Virus record (IMG/VR): IMGVR_UViG_3300043313_000168
Location: 2,978-66,977 of that record
Length of the DNA: 64,000 nt
DNA from: a virus
Strand: one strand, 5' to 3'
Positions 38,559 to 51,551 of the stretch are shown piece by piece. The position numbers and the translations under genes were made by a program. The notes under the pieces were generated by a model. It had not been told where the DNA came from and searched no databases. It worked only from the letters and a program-made list of their open reading frames with translations. How positions within the stretch are numbered: position 1 is the stretch's first letter; each line of letters begins with the position of its first letter.

Positions 38559-38588
38559 GACCCCGGTGGCAATGCTGCCGGGGTCTTT
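38557..38588 (+). terminator. Intrinsic terminator after MCP
   Basis: AAGACCCCGGTGGC-AAT-GCTGCCGGGGTCTTT. Confidence 0.75.
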
Positions 38589-38593
38589 CGTTT

Positions 38594-39653
38594 ATGGAGC
38601 CCCTGATGGCTGTCGCACCGCAATCAACGCTCGAAACGGTCGCTGACTACATCAGTGACGCGCGCACGTTGCTGCTCGATAAGATCAGCCCGTACCGCTA
38701 CGACGACGCCAGCCTCTGCGTGGCGCTCAACGTGACGCTGCTCGAAGCGCGCCGCGTGCGCCCCGATCTGTTCGTGTTCTGCAGCCCGGTGGTCCAGCAC
38801 TTTGAGGAGCAGGACATCGAGGCTCTGACCCTCGTCAAAATGGAAGAGCAATTCCGCCTCGCGATCCTGCACGGCCTCGTTGGCCATGCGATCGAGCGGG
38901 ATCAGGAAGACATTCAAGATAGCCGCGCGACCGCGTTCCTCACCATCATGTCGAACATCCTGATCGGCAAGGTGATGGTGGCCACCGCGCCGCCGGCAGC
39001 GAAGGGTGAAACATAATGCTCGCCAAGGCAGACATCACACAGCTGATGAACCAGCTTCGCGTCGAGTTGATCGGCGCGTCGGATGCGCAGCTTCGCGCGC
39101 GCATGTTCGACACCATGACCGAGTTCTTCAACGACAGTTCGTCTTGGACCGAGATCATCGACCTCACGGTGGTTCCAGATACGAACGAGTACGACATCGC
39201 GCCGACCGAGGGGCAGATCATTCGCCTCGCCGGCGTCATCGACAGCCAGTCGTGCGGCATCGCCGCCCTCATGCCGACGATCGGCACTCTCCTCCTGCGC
39301 TCGGCGCCGAACACCGCGCAGACCTATCAGGTCAAAGTGGTGAACAACGTCTCGCTGCCGACGACGAAGGATGACTATCCGATCGCGCCCGAGTGGGTCC
39401 TCAAGCAGTGGCATACCGCCATCAAGGAGGGGATGCTCGGCAACATGATGAACGAGAAGAACAAGAGCTACAGCGATCCGAAGGGCGCGCTATATCACTT
39501 GTCTCGCTTCCGCAAAGGCATCACCGACGCGCGCATCGCGACGTTGAAGGCGAACACCAATGGCGCCCAGGCGTGGCGCTTCCCGCAGAGCTTCCGGGCC
39601 AACACGCAGCAGGGCGGCGTCCCGTCCTTCGGCGGCAGCGATAGGACATTCTG

Positions 39654-39654
<1 letters not shown>
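38594..39654 (+). CDS. Two head-tail adaptor-like proteins (38594-39016, 39016-39654)
   Basis: Position after MCP; LLD....RY.D..L...LN and RPDLF pattern typical of adaptors. Confidence 0.65.
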
Positions 39655-42657
<3,003 letters not shown>

Positions 42658-42661
<4 letters not shown>

Positions 42662-43347
42662 TCCCCGGGCAACTCCTCGTGACGTACAAAAGAACGGCCG
42701 TCGTGCCGCTCGTAACGACGTTCGACACGGGGTCCGGCAACTTTACTGTGCCTGCCTACAACACGCTGACGATCGAGTTGTGGGGCGGTGGCGGTGCGGG
42801 AACAGGTATGGCCACGCCGACGACCGTCACGACCGCGCAGAGCGGTGTCGCGGCCGGTTCGACCACTTCCACAACCTATAGCTTGACCGCAGGCGGCGGC
42901 TTCGGCGGTACGGGTGATGCCGCGGGACCTGTCGCGGGTAAAGCCGGCGGCCTTGGCGGCACTGCCACCGGCGGCAACACCACGAATACGAACGGCAATC
43001 AGGGCGGCATCTCTGGCACGAGCGGGCCGGCGGTCAACGGCTTCGGTGCAGGCTCGCCGAATGGCGGCGGTAACGTGCAGAACACGAACGGCGCCAATCT
43101 AACCCCAGGCACAACCGGAAGCATTCCCGGCGGCGGTGGCTCGGGTGCTCGCTCGAACGGCGTCGGCATCGTCCCTGGTGGTGGCTCGGGTGCCTACGTC
43201 AAGCACGTCTTCACGTTTGGTGCCGGCGGCGCCCCCGCGATTGGGGCGCTAATTGCTTACGCCGTCGGCGCCGCGCAGGCTGGGTCTGGCGCCTCTGCCG
43301 CAGGTGGGTCGGGCCGCATAGGCCGGGCCCGGTTCACCGTGGCGTAA
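42658..43347 (+). CDS. Glycine-rich virion protein
   Basis: [24 protein letters not shown] motifs. Confidence 0.75.
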
Positions 43348-43358
43348 CCAATCCTTAA
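43344..43358. promoter_or_regulatory. CtrA-type box (1 mismatch)
   Basis: GTAA CCAATCC TTAA. Confidence 0.55.
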
Positions 43359-43397
43359 TCGTCTCGGCCTAAACGAGGAACAACGGAGAACACGATC

Positions 43398-43868
43398 ATG
43401 GCAGGCACAGTTAAACGTACATTCGGTCCGGTGGCGCTCTCGAACACGCTCACCACGAACGTCTACAACAACACCTCGGCGCTGATCTACGACGTGATCA
43501 AGCACATCCACATCGCGAACAAGACCGCGGGTGCTGTGACGTTCTCGCTGTGGCTGGGTGCTACTGGCGCGAACGCGGCCGGCACCGAGTTGTTTACTGC
43601 GGTCTCGATCCCCGCCAACAGCTACTTCGACTGGTATGGCAACCTCAAGATGACCAGCACGGACTTCCTCGTTGGCGGCGCCAGCGCGGCGACCTCGCTG
43701 ACCATCACCGGTGAGGGTGAACAGTTCGTCGTGTAATCGAGGGTCGATATGAAGCAGGCCCCGATTATCAAACGACCTATCCAGCGGGTCATCTCCAAGC
43801 CGCCCCTCAACCGGCGGCTTGTGAAGCCGGAGATCAACCGCGTCATCGTGCGCGACCCGAGGAAATAA
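43398..43868 (+). CDS. Small beta-rich virion protein (43398-43736) and a 39-aa basic ORF (43749-43868)
   Basis: GGAG and GAGG RBSs. Confidence 0.6.
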
Positions 43869-45029
43869 ATGTCCCTGCTGGGTCGCAACATCATCCAGGT
43901 CGTCGAGCGCAAGCGATACTATGTCGACTGCGACGTCTGGCTTGCCGAAGGGGAAGTCCTCGTCGGGATCGCGGCAACCGTCGACAGCGGCGACGCTATC
44001 TGCGACGGCGTCAAGATCGACCAAACCAACCGCGGCTTCTACTATTACGTCAGCAACGCCAGCATCAACGATCTCTTCAACATCATCTTCGAGCAGACGA
44101 CGTCGTTCGGCCAGCGCCAATTTGACCACGTCCAATTCCAAGTGGGCACCAACGGGGGCTTCACTTCCGACGCTGACACGTCCGAGATCATGCTCTCGAT
44201 CGTCGGTCCAACTGGCGCGGGCGCGACTGGTCCGACCGGCGCGGGCGCGACTGGCCCGACCGGACCCGCCGCCGGACCGACTGGCGCGACCGGATCGACT
44301 GGCGCGACCGGACCGACGGGCTTAGGCGCGACAGGTGCGATCGGCCCAGCGGGCGTCACAGGCCCGACCGGGTTCAGCTTGCAGACGATCCTTACAATTC
44401 CAGGTAACGACGGCGATGACGGCGAGCGCGGCTTCCCAGGCCCGGCCGGCGCAACTGGTCCGCTTGGTCCGACCGGGTTCAGCGCGCAGGTTCTTGTCCG
44501 CATGGATGGCAACGATGGCGAGGACGGTCCCCAAGGCTTCCCCGGACCGGCCGGCGCAACTGGTTCGCTTGGTCCAACCGGCGCGACGGGTCCAGCCTCC
44601 GCGGTTGGCTTGTTCAGCGTAGATCGCAACGGCACGAACCAGACCGGACTGACGTCAGGCATCTACAATAAAATCTCCTTCACCAACGAAGTGAAGGACG
44701 CGAACAACTGGTTCGATAACGCGACGAACTTCCGATACACCCCGCAACAAGCAGGCACATACCTGATTGTCCTGAGTGTAGCCGCTAACACCGGGACCGG
44801 CGGAGAAACGGCTCAGGCTGCCATCTACAAGAACGGCAGCGTGGCCAAACTATCCAACTACATGAACATAACCGGAGCGGGGGGTTGGGTTACTGAGGTT
44901 GTCGCGTACATCACTCTCAACGGCACCACCGATTTTATCGAGGGGTTTGTTTGGATGCCTGCCGCCGTCACCACGCTATTGGGCACAACAACAAACACGT
45001 TCATGGGCGGCCACCGAGTGGGCGACTAA
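43869..45029 (+). CDS. Fibre: adaptor N-domain, collagen tract and C1q-like C-terminal head
   Basis: [13 protein letters not shown]-domain; GPT repeats; F...D....FD....[16 protein letters not shown]. Confidence 0.8.
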   Translation: MSLLGRNIIQVVERKRYYVDCDVWLAEGEVLVGIAATVDSGDAICDGVKIDQTNRGFYYYVSNASINDLFNIIFEQTTSFGQRQFDHVQFQVGTNGGFTSDADTSEIMLSIVGPTGAGATGPTGAGATGPTGPAAGPTGATGSTGATGPTGLGATGAIGPAGVTGPTGFSLQTILTIPGNDGDDGERGFPGPAGATGPLGPTGFSAQVLVRMDGNDGEDGPQGFPGPAGATGSLGPTGATGPASAVGLFSVDRNGTNQTGLTSGIYNKISFTNEVKDANNWFDNATNFRYTPQQAGTYLIVLSVAANTGTGGETAQAAIYKNGSVAKLSNYMNITGAGGWVTEVVAYITLNGTTDFIEGFVWMPAAVTTLLGTTTNTFMGGHRVGD

Positions 45030-45041
45030 ACCATTCCTTAA
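45027..45041. promoter_or_regulatory. CtrA-type box (1 mismatch) upstream of the lysis operon
   Basis: TAAA CCATTCC TTAA. Confidence 0.6.
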
Positions 45042-45064
45042 TGCGTTTCGCGGGATAACGGGCT

Positions 45065-45364
45065 ATGAAGCTCGCCCGCAAGCCACACACCGCCGGCGCC
45101 AAAACCCGGTACGAAGTCGACTACAGCAACTGGCTTGCTGAGGGCGACACGTTGGTGGCTGCCAGCTGCACGGCCGTCGTCACGTCCTCGTCGGAAGACC
45201 CCACCGATGCCGTTGTCGAGGACGTCCTGGTCATGTCGCAGCATCTTTACTTTTCCGTGAGCGGCGGGGTCCTTAGCGAAGTCTTTACCGTGACGGTAAC
45301 AATCGTGGACACGCGCGACGAGCTTGAGACCGACACGGTCGAGTTCTTCGTTATCGCCCCCTAA
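45065..45364 (+). CDS. Fibre adaptor protein, paralog of the N-domain of 43869-45029
   Basis: RYEVDYSNWLAEGDTLV. Confidence 0.7.
   Translation: MKLARKPHTAGAKTRYEVDYSNWLAEGDTLVAASCTAVVTSSSEDPTDAVVEDVLVMSQHLYFSVSGGVLSEVFTVTVTIVDTRDELETDTVEFFVIAP
45285..45299. repeat. Dispersed palindrome copy 12 (FTVTVT)
   Basis: TTACCG TGA CGGTAA. Confidence 0.95.
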
Positions 45365-45376
45365 AAGGAACACACC

Positions 45377-46081
45377 ATGGCCCCATGGGAACCAGCAGCA
45401 ATTCGCCACAAGAACCCCGGCGCGATGTGGCCCGGCAGGATCGCCACAAAGTGGGGGTCGAAGAAGTGGGTCTATCTCAACGACGGCACCGGTCAGGGCG
45501 GCGGCGGTCACGGCAACAAGATCGCCACGTTCGAGAACTGGAACGACGGCATCTGCGCGCAGCTTGATCTGTGGCGCAACTCAGTCAATTACAAAAACCA
45601 GCGCTTCGCCGACGCCATCGCCGTCTGGTGCGGCCACAACCATGTGGGCGAGTATATCGCGCACGTGAAGCGTCTCATCCCCGGGATGAACGAGAACACG
45701 ATCATGAACGATGCGTTCTGGCGTGGTCCGAACGGGCTTCGGTTCCTGCAGGTCCAGGCCGCGCACGAAGCCGGCAAGACCATGCCCGTGCCGCAGGACG
45801 TATGGGTCGCCGCACAGAAGCGTGCGCTGTCTGGCGTTCCGACTGCGAACACTGTCATCAAGGGCGCTGGCTCCGTTGTCACCGGCACCGTCACCGGCAC
45901 GCTTACCGGCGTGCAGGGCGGCCTCAGTCTGGGCACTGCGCTCGTCATCGGTCTCGTTGTCGCTGTCGTCGTGTTCCTCGTTTGGAAGTTCCGGCCCGAG
46001 AAGGCTGAGAAGCAGCTGCCGGCGACCCCCGTGTCGCCGACGCCTGTCATCGTCGGAACGTCCGAGGAGAAACCAGAATGA
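45377..46081 (+). CDS. Probable endolysin (lysozyme-like) with C-terminal transmembrane segment
   Basis: RHKNPGAM, ATF....GI.A, AI..W, Y...V, AAHE; C-terminal ALVIGLVVAVVVFLVWKFR. Confidence 0.65.
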   Translation: MAPWEPAAIRHKNPGAMWPGRIATKWGSKKWVYLNDGTGQGGGGHGNKIATFENWNDGICAQLDLWRNSVNYKNQRFADAIAVWCGHNHVGEYIAHVKRLIPGMNENTIMNDAFWRGPNGLRFLQVQAAHEAGKTMPVPQDVWVAAQKRALSGVPTANTVIKGAGSVVTGTVTGTLTGVQGGLSLGTALVIGLVVAVVVFLVWKFRPEKAEKQLPATPVSPTPVIVGTSEEKPE

Positions 46082-47069
46082 GCACCCCCGTCTTCCTCGC
46101 GCTGACGGTCCCGGGTTTTCTCGTGACGTACTGGCTGTTCATCCGGCCGGTGCTCAAGGCGATGCCCGCGTTCAAGTCTTTCTACGACACCGCCGAGGGC
46201 TTCTGGCAAAAGGTGTGGGCAGTGTGCGGCAACTCCGCCGTGCTCGCGTTCCACTACTTTATTCAGGTGCTCAGCTGGTGCCTGCAGTGGATCGACCCGA
46301 TCGCCACGTTCTTCGGCGATCCCGATCTGCGCGCGCAGCTTGAAGTGACACTTAAGGCGGACCCGAAAATCCTCGGCTACGTGCTGATGGCGATCTCCGC
46401 CATCACGATCGCCGCGCGCGTCCGCACCCTCCTGCCGAAGGATGATGACTGATGTTTGGGCTCGCAGGGATCATTGCCGCCATTATGCCGCTCGTCACAG
46501 CGGGCATCACCGCGTACACGAAGTCGAAGGACGTTGCCATCAGCGCTATCCAGGCGTCAGGCACAATCGCGGCTGCGCAAGCGCAGGCAATGTCGCTGTG
46601 GATCGGGCACCCGCTCTCTCCGCCCTCGATCATGTGCTACGCGATCGCGTTCCACTTTACCAAGGCGCTTGTTTGGGACCCGCACCTTTCGCTGTTGATA
46701 TATGGCGTGACAGGGTTCACGCCGCATCTCATCGGAGGCACGCAGGAGATCGCCATGATCGTCGTGTCTGGCATGTTCTTCGCCGGTATCGCCAACATCA
46801 TCAGACGCTAGGGGGCTACCATGTTCAAGCTGGTCGCAATCATCTTCGTCCTCTCCGCCGGCGCTCCCGAAGAGACCGGCACCACCATGATCCACAAGAC
46901 GAAGTTCGACACTGAGGCGGCCTGTCAGGCCTATAAGACCTCGGACGCCGGCCTCAAGTCACAAGCTGTCATCAGCTTCCTGCTCGCGCGCGAGAGCGCG
47001 AACGAGGGCCAGTTGCTCGCCGCGCGCTATGAGTGCCAGCCGGTGACGGCTGAAGACGGCGCCATATGA
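46078..47069 (+). CDS. Lysis-cassette membrane proteins (46078-46452, holin-like 46452-46811, exported 46821-47069)
   Basis: Multiple TM segments directly after the endolysin. Confidence 0.6.
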
Positions 47070-47074
47070 GCAGA

Positions 47075-47089
47075 TTAACGAACCGTAAA
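47075..47089. promoter_or_regulatory. CtrA-type box (1 mismatch)
   Basis: TTAA CGAACCG TAAA, then GATACGGT about 10 bp downstream. Confidence 0.6.
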
Positions 47090-47198
47090 GAACCCACGGA
47101 TACGGTCCCCTTCACCGAGGGCCGTTCTAAGCGTGCCGACCATGGCGCGCATCCAGCCGCGTCAGGTGGCGCACAGAAAGCCTATGAAGGAGAAGACA

Positions 47199-47762
47199 AT
47201 GGAAGCACCCCAGCAGGAAGTAACGGAGAAGACCGAGCAGATGGATGACGACGCCGACGCCGTCATGGAAGCTGCGATGTCCAAAGTAGCCGAGAACCAG
47301 GGTAGCGTGCGCGCTGCCGCCGACGCCGAAGAGCGAGCCATGGCTGAACGTGTGCAAGGCGCGAGAGCCGCCGAGCGCGCAGCCGAGCAGATGGAAGCAG
47401 CCCAACGCCCTGAGGTAGTCGAGGAAGAGCCGCAGGACATCGCCAGCATCGCTGCGCGGGGTCGTGAGTATCTGATGGACCGCATGCGCCAGCATCAAGA
47501 AGAGCAGACCGCTCGCGAGGTTGGCTACGTGCCGCCGCCCATGTCAGCTGGCATGCGCGACCGCATCAACGAAGAACTTGAAGCGGGTCGCAAGACCCAG
47601 GCCAAGCACGAAGCGCAGAAGGCCAACCGGCCGGCGCCCGACATCAACGAGAACGAGCGCAAGGCTGAAGGCAGCAACGCCCCGGTCATGCGCCCAGGCA
47701 ACATGGTGACCGACCCCCGAGCCCCGTCGGGTAAAGAAGGTCTGCGAGCGCAACGCCAGTGA
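47199..47762 (+). CDS. Acidic coiled-coil hypothetical protein
   Basis: AGGAG upstream; Glu/Ala-rich. Confidence 0.65.
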   Translation: MEAPQQEVTEKTEQMDDDADAVMEAAMSKVAENQGSVRAAADAEERAMAERVQGARAAERAAEQMEAAQRPEVVEEEPQDIASIAARGREYLMDRMRQHQEEQTAREVGYVPPPMSAGMRDRINEELEAGRKTQAKHEAQKANRPAPDINENERKAEGSNAPVMRPGNMVTDPRAPSGKEGLRAQRQ

Positions 47763-47769
47763 GGACTAG

Positions 47770-50412
47770 ATGGCCGGGGGTAACGACAGCTTCGCATTGC
47801 ACCGCTTTGGCGGCATGTTTCCGGCGATGGATGATCTCCTTCTGCCGGACGGTCAGGCTGCCAGTTCGACTAACGGGTACCTGTTCTCAGGTGCCTTAGA
47901 GCCGTGGCGCAAGGCGAAGCTCCTCCGGGAAACTACCCTGACCTCGCCGGGCTTCGTGTACCGGCTCCCGCGCAAGTCGGACAGCGTAGCGACGGCAACG
48001 ATCTACATCGCCTCGCTGCCGCCTGAGGGTGCGCAACTCGTCCTTGGCGAAGAGACCTACACTTTTACCGCCACGGTAAATGATCCCTACAGCGTCAAGA
48101 TCGGCGCCACTCGCGCCGCTTGCGCCACCAACCTGCACGCCGCCTTCACCTACGACGACGGCGCCGGAACCAACAATGGAGTTCTATACGGTGATGGCAC
48201 ATTGGCGAACCCCGCAATCGACGAAGTCGCCGATCTGGCGACGGATGATCCCCGCGTCACTGTGTACGCTCCGGAGGCAGGTGCTGCGTATAACACGACG
48301 AATGTTTCCTCGACCGACGCCAGTCTGGTCTGGAAGTACGGATCAAATGTCACCACTACCCTCCTCGGCGGAGCCAACATCTCCCTCGAAACCGACATCA
48401 CCGGTGACAGCACATGGTTGGAATTTGCTGACCCCTATACTGATGTTATCCGAAGTCCAGTTGTGGATGATCAGTTCGACCGCTTCTACTATGCGAGCTC
48501 TTCTGAGCCCCCCAAGTACAACACCAGGGAGCGCATCGAAGCGGGCGAACACCCATGGCTCCTCGGCGTCCCCGCCCCCGGCTGCGAACCCGCCGTTGAA
48601 GTAAGCGGCGGCGGCGACACCGCGACGATCGGCTTCCCGACCAGCATCACGACTGCGACGGGCAACCCCGGCTCGAACGTGCTCTACCTGATCCCGATCC
48701 GGCCGGCCGGCGCGCAAATCCTGAATGACGTGACGGCTCTCGCTGCCGGCGACTTCCTCACCGCGCGCTTCACGGCTGTGCTCTATGACGATCTCGCCGG
48801 CGTCCCGCATACGCTGCTCAACGTCGGCACGCAGGTAGAGAGCATCGTCACTGGGCAGGAAGTCGCCTCGCTCTTCACCAACCCCACCGGGTTGCTGATG
48901 AACGTGCAGTACTGGATCGGCTTCATGGTCGACACCGCGGTCGAGTGGCAGAAGGCCAATAATACCGGCTCGACTGGCGGCGTCAGCTTGAACACCTACT
49001 CGAACGGCCCGCCCCCGATCATCCAGAACTTCATCGCCGGCTTCCCTGAGCTTCAGGTGTGGGGCAATCTCACGACGTCGAGCGTGCTCAGCGCGCGCAG
49101 CTACGTCTACACCTACGTGTCTGAGTACGGCGAGGAAGGCCCGCCGTCCCCAGCGACCGTGATCGACGGCTGGTCGAACGGCACGTGGACCGTGGGCCTG
49201 TTTCAGCCGCCGCCGGATCAGTTGGGGGTCACCCGCAACCTGAAGAAAATCCACCTCTACCGTACCGTCACCGCGCAGACAGGCGCGACGACGTATTACT
49301 TCGTTGCAGAACTCGACATCACCACTGATGTTTACACGGACATCATCACGGATGACGTAGTGGTCACGAACAATCAACTTCTCAGCCAGCTATGGACACC
49401 GCCCCCTGAGACGTTGCAGGGTTTCGTCGTCCTGCCAAATGGTATCCTTGCCGGATGGAAGGGGAACGAGCTCTGGTTCAGCGAGCCGTACCGGCCGCAC
49501 GCGTGGCCGCCCAGCTACGTCCTCACGACGGAGTACCCGATCGTGGGCCTTGGCGTGTCCGGCAACTCCGTGATCGCGGGTACCAATGGCGCCCCCTACA
49601 TCGCCAGTGGCGTCTCGCCCGGCGTGATGACGGCGACCAAGGTCGAGAACAGCGAGCCGTGCCACTCGCGCAACTCGATCATCGGTAACAACGACGGCGT
49701 CTACTATACCTCGCCGAACGGCCTGATCCTCGTCACCCAGTACGGCGAGGTGAAGAACGCGACCGAGCGCTGGATCACCCGTGAGAGGTGGCAGCAGCTT
49801 ACGCCGCAGTCCGACGTCGGCGCGGCGTTCATGAACGGCCAGTACTACGCGTGGCAGATGGGCGGCGGTGACGCTGGGTTCACGATCGAGCTTACGCCGG
49901 GGGACAAGACGCCGGCGGGGCTGGGCTTCCAGCTGCTTGACAACGAGCTTGAGACGGGGATCGTCAACGTCATCGTGGACCCGTGGTCGTCGGTCACGAT
50001 GCTGCTCACCGATGGCGAGGTCAACTATCTCGACTTCACGGACCAGGAGCCCGAGCTCTGCGTGGTTGACTGGTCCTCGAAGATTTTCCAGCGCAAGTAC
50101 AAGCAGAACTTCGAGGCGATGCGCATCCTGTTCCAGGTGCCCCCGAACACGCCGACGCGCAACACCACGCGGCTCGAAGCTGACCTCGACGACCCGGTGT
50201 GGCTCGAACCCCTGCCGGAGGATCGCTACGGCTACATCCTCGTCTACGCCGCCAACGAGCTCGTCACCGCGCGCGAGATCAGGCAGAACCAGGAAATTCT
50301 GCGGATCACCTCGGACTTCAAGCACGAGAGTTGGCAGTGGCGGATCATCACACGGCTGCGCATCCGCACGCTGCAGGTGGGCACAAGCGTGAAGGGGCTG
50401 GCCAATGTCTAA
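47770..50412 (+). CDS. Tail nozzle / stabilization protein (podovirus tail tubular B-like)
   Basis: 880 aa; RSYVYTYVSEYGEEGPPS, LPNGILAG, LWFSEPYRPHAWP, VYYTSPNGL. Confidence 0.75.
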   Translation: MAGGNDSFALHRFGGMFPAMDDLLLPDGQAASSTNGYLFSGALEPWRKAKLLRETTLTSPGFVYRLPRKSDSVATATIYIASLPPEGAQLVLGEETYTFTATVNDPYSVKIGATRAACATNLHAAFTYDDGAGTNNGVLYGDGTLANPAIDEVADLATDDPRVTVYAPEAGAAYNTTNVSSTDASLVWKYGSNVTTTLLGGANISLETDITGDSTWLEFADPYTDVIRSPVVDDQFDRFYYASSSEPPKYNTRERIEAGEHPWLLGVPAPGCEPAVEVSGGGDTATIGFPTSITTATGNPGSNVLYLIPIRPAGAQILNDVTALAAGDFLTARFTAVLYDDLAGVPHTLLNVGTQVESIVTGQEVASLFTNPTGLLMNVQYWIGFMVDTAVEWQKANNTGSTGGVSLNTYSNGPPPIIQNFIAGFPELQVWGNLTTSSVLSARSYVYTYVSEYGEEGPPSPATVIDGWSNGTWTVGLFQPPPDQLGVTRNLKKIHLYRTVTAQTGATTYYFVAELDITTDVYTDIITDDVVVTNNQLLSQLWTPPPETLQGFVVLPNGILAGWKGNELWFSEPYRPHAWPPSYVLTTEYPIVGLGVSGNSVIAGTNGAPYIASGVSPGVMTATKVENSEPCHSRNSIIGNNDGVYYTSPNGLILVTQYGEVKNATERWITRERWQQLTPQSDVGAAFMNGQYYAWQMGGGDAGFTIELTPGDKTPAGLGFQLLDNELETGIVNVIVDPWSSVTMLLTDGEVNYLDFTDQEPELCVVDWSSKIFQRKYKQNFEAMRILFQVPPNTPTRNTTRLEADLDDPVWLEPLPEDRYGYILVYAANELVTAREIRQNQEILRITSDFKHESWQWRIITRLRIRTLQVGTSVKGLANV
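48065..48079. repeat. Dispersed palindrome copy 13 (FTATVN)
   Basis: TTACCG CCA CGGTAA. Confidence 0.95.
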
Positions 50413-51498
50413 TCAGGGCCCCGTCTGCCATGTGCCGTCAGTCAACCAGCCGGCGACCCCGCAGACCCACGACCTACCGGGCCTCGGCGGGCCGCCACAA
50501 CCGACGATCCAGTCGCTGATGCGCGCGGTCATCGACCTGCAGCGCGTCGTCCGCTCGCTGTCTGGGCAGCAACAGACCACGCGCCCGTCCAGCGACAAGA
50601 CCGGCTCGAACGGCTTCAAGACCAAAGAAGATAAAAAGAAAGAGGAGCGGTGGACCGAAGAGGCGCGCGTGGTCGAGAAGGTCCGCGTCTTCCAGAACAA
50701 CGACAAGACCAGCGACAACTGGGTCGACGTGGAGCAGATCAACCAGCTGAAGATGCGCGACAAGGTAACAGGCGAGCGTTGGGCTTGGGATCGAGAACGT
50801 AAGTAATGGCGGAAGACGCCCCATACAAAACGGATTTCTTCTCCGAGATCGTGGACGTCCACTTCGGCGGCGACGGACCGTATCTGTTCCTGTGGGCTGA
50901 GAAGCTGCACTTTGCTGGCCCTGCGTTCTCGCCCGCTACCACCGTACGCATCGAGAACAGCAGCGGCTTCACTGTGCCGAGCCGCACGCTGATCTCTCCG
51001 TCCCTGACCATCCAGGCCGCGGCCGGTGGCCCGGGTGGCACGACACGCATCAGCAACACGTTCACCCGCGACATGCAGCGCAACTACGACACATGGATGG
51101 GCGCTAACGCGATCTACGCGGACGCCGGCGCCCCCGCCGACAAAGACATGCACTCCTACATTGCGTTCAACATCGGACGCCACTCGAAGACGCAGGTCCG
51201 GTTCAACCTCCGCTACGTCTCGACCGCGGAGAATGGCGAGTTCATTTTCTGTGTTGGAACATTCCGTAAGGCCTTCGGGGTTGCCTATGCGCACGGGACC
51301 GGCGTGGGGACTTCTGAAGACGGCCTGAACGTCATCGTCGACAAGCACGGGACGCGCGATCTGATGGGTAATCAGTTCGTTGACCCCGCCTACGCCGTCG
51401 GCTTCCAGCGCCGCCAGTTCGCCGGCGGCATCGCCAATCAGGTCTACAACATCACCGCGGACCCCAAGACCCTGGCCCTGTCGGTTTCCCCGTCTTAA
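50405..51498 (+). CDS. Two tail-associated hypothetical proteins (50405-50806, 50806-51498)
   Basis: Coupled ORFs after the nozzle gene. Confidence 0.65.
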
Positions 51499-51509
51499 CG
51501 GCTCCTTAA
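51495..51509. promoter_or_regulatory. CtrA-type box (perfect) upstream of the ejection-protein operon
   Basis: TTAA CGGCTCC TTAA. Confidence 0.7.
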
Positions 51510-51551
51510 GGGGGTCAGCGGTAGCCCTAGAGCACCTATTGGGGATTGACC

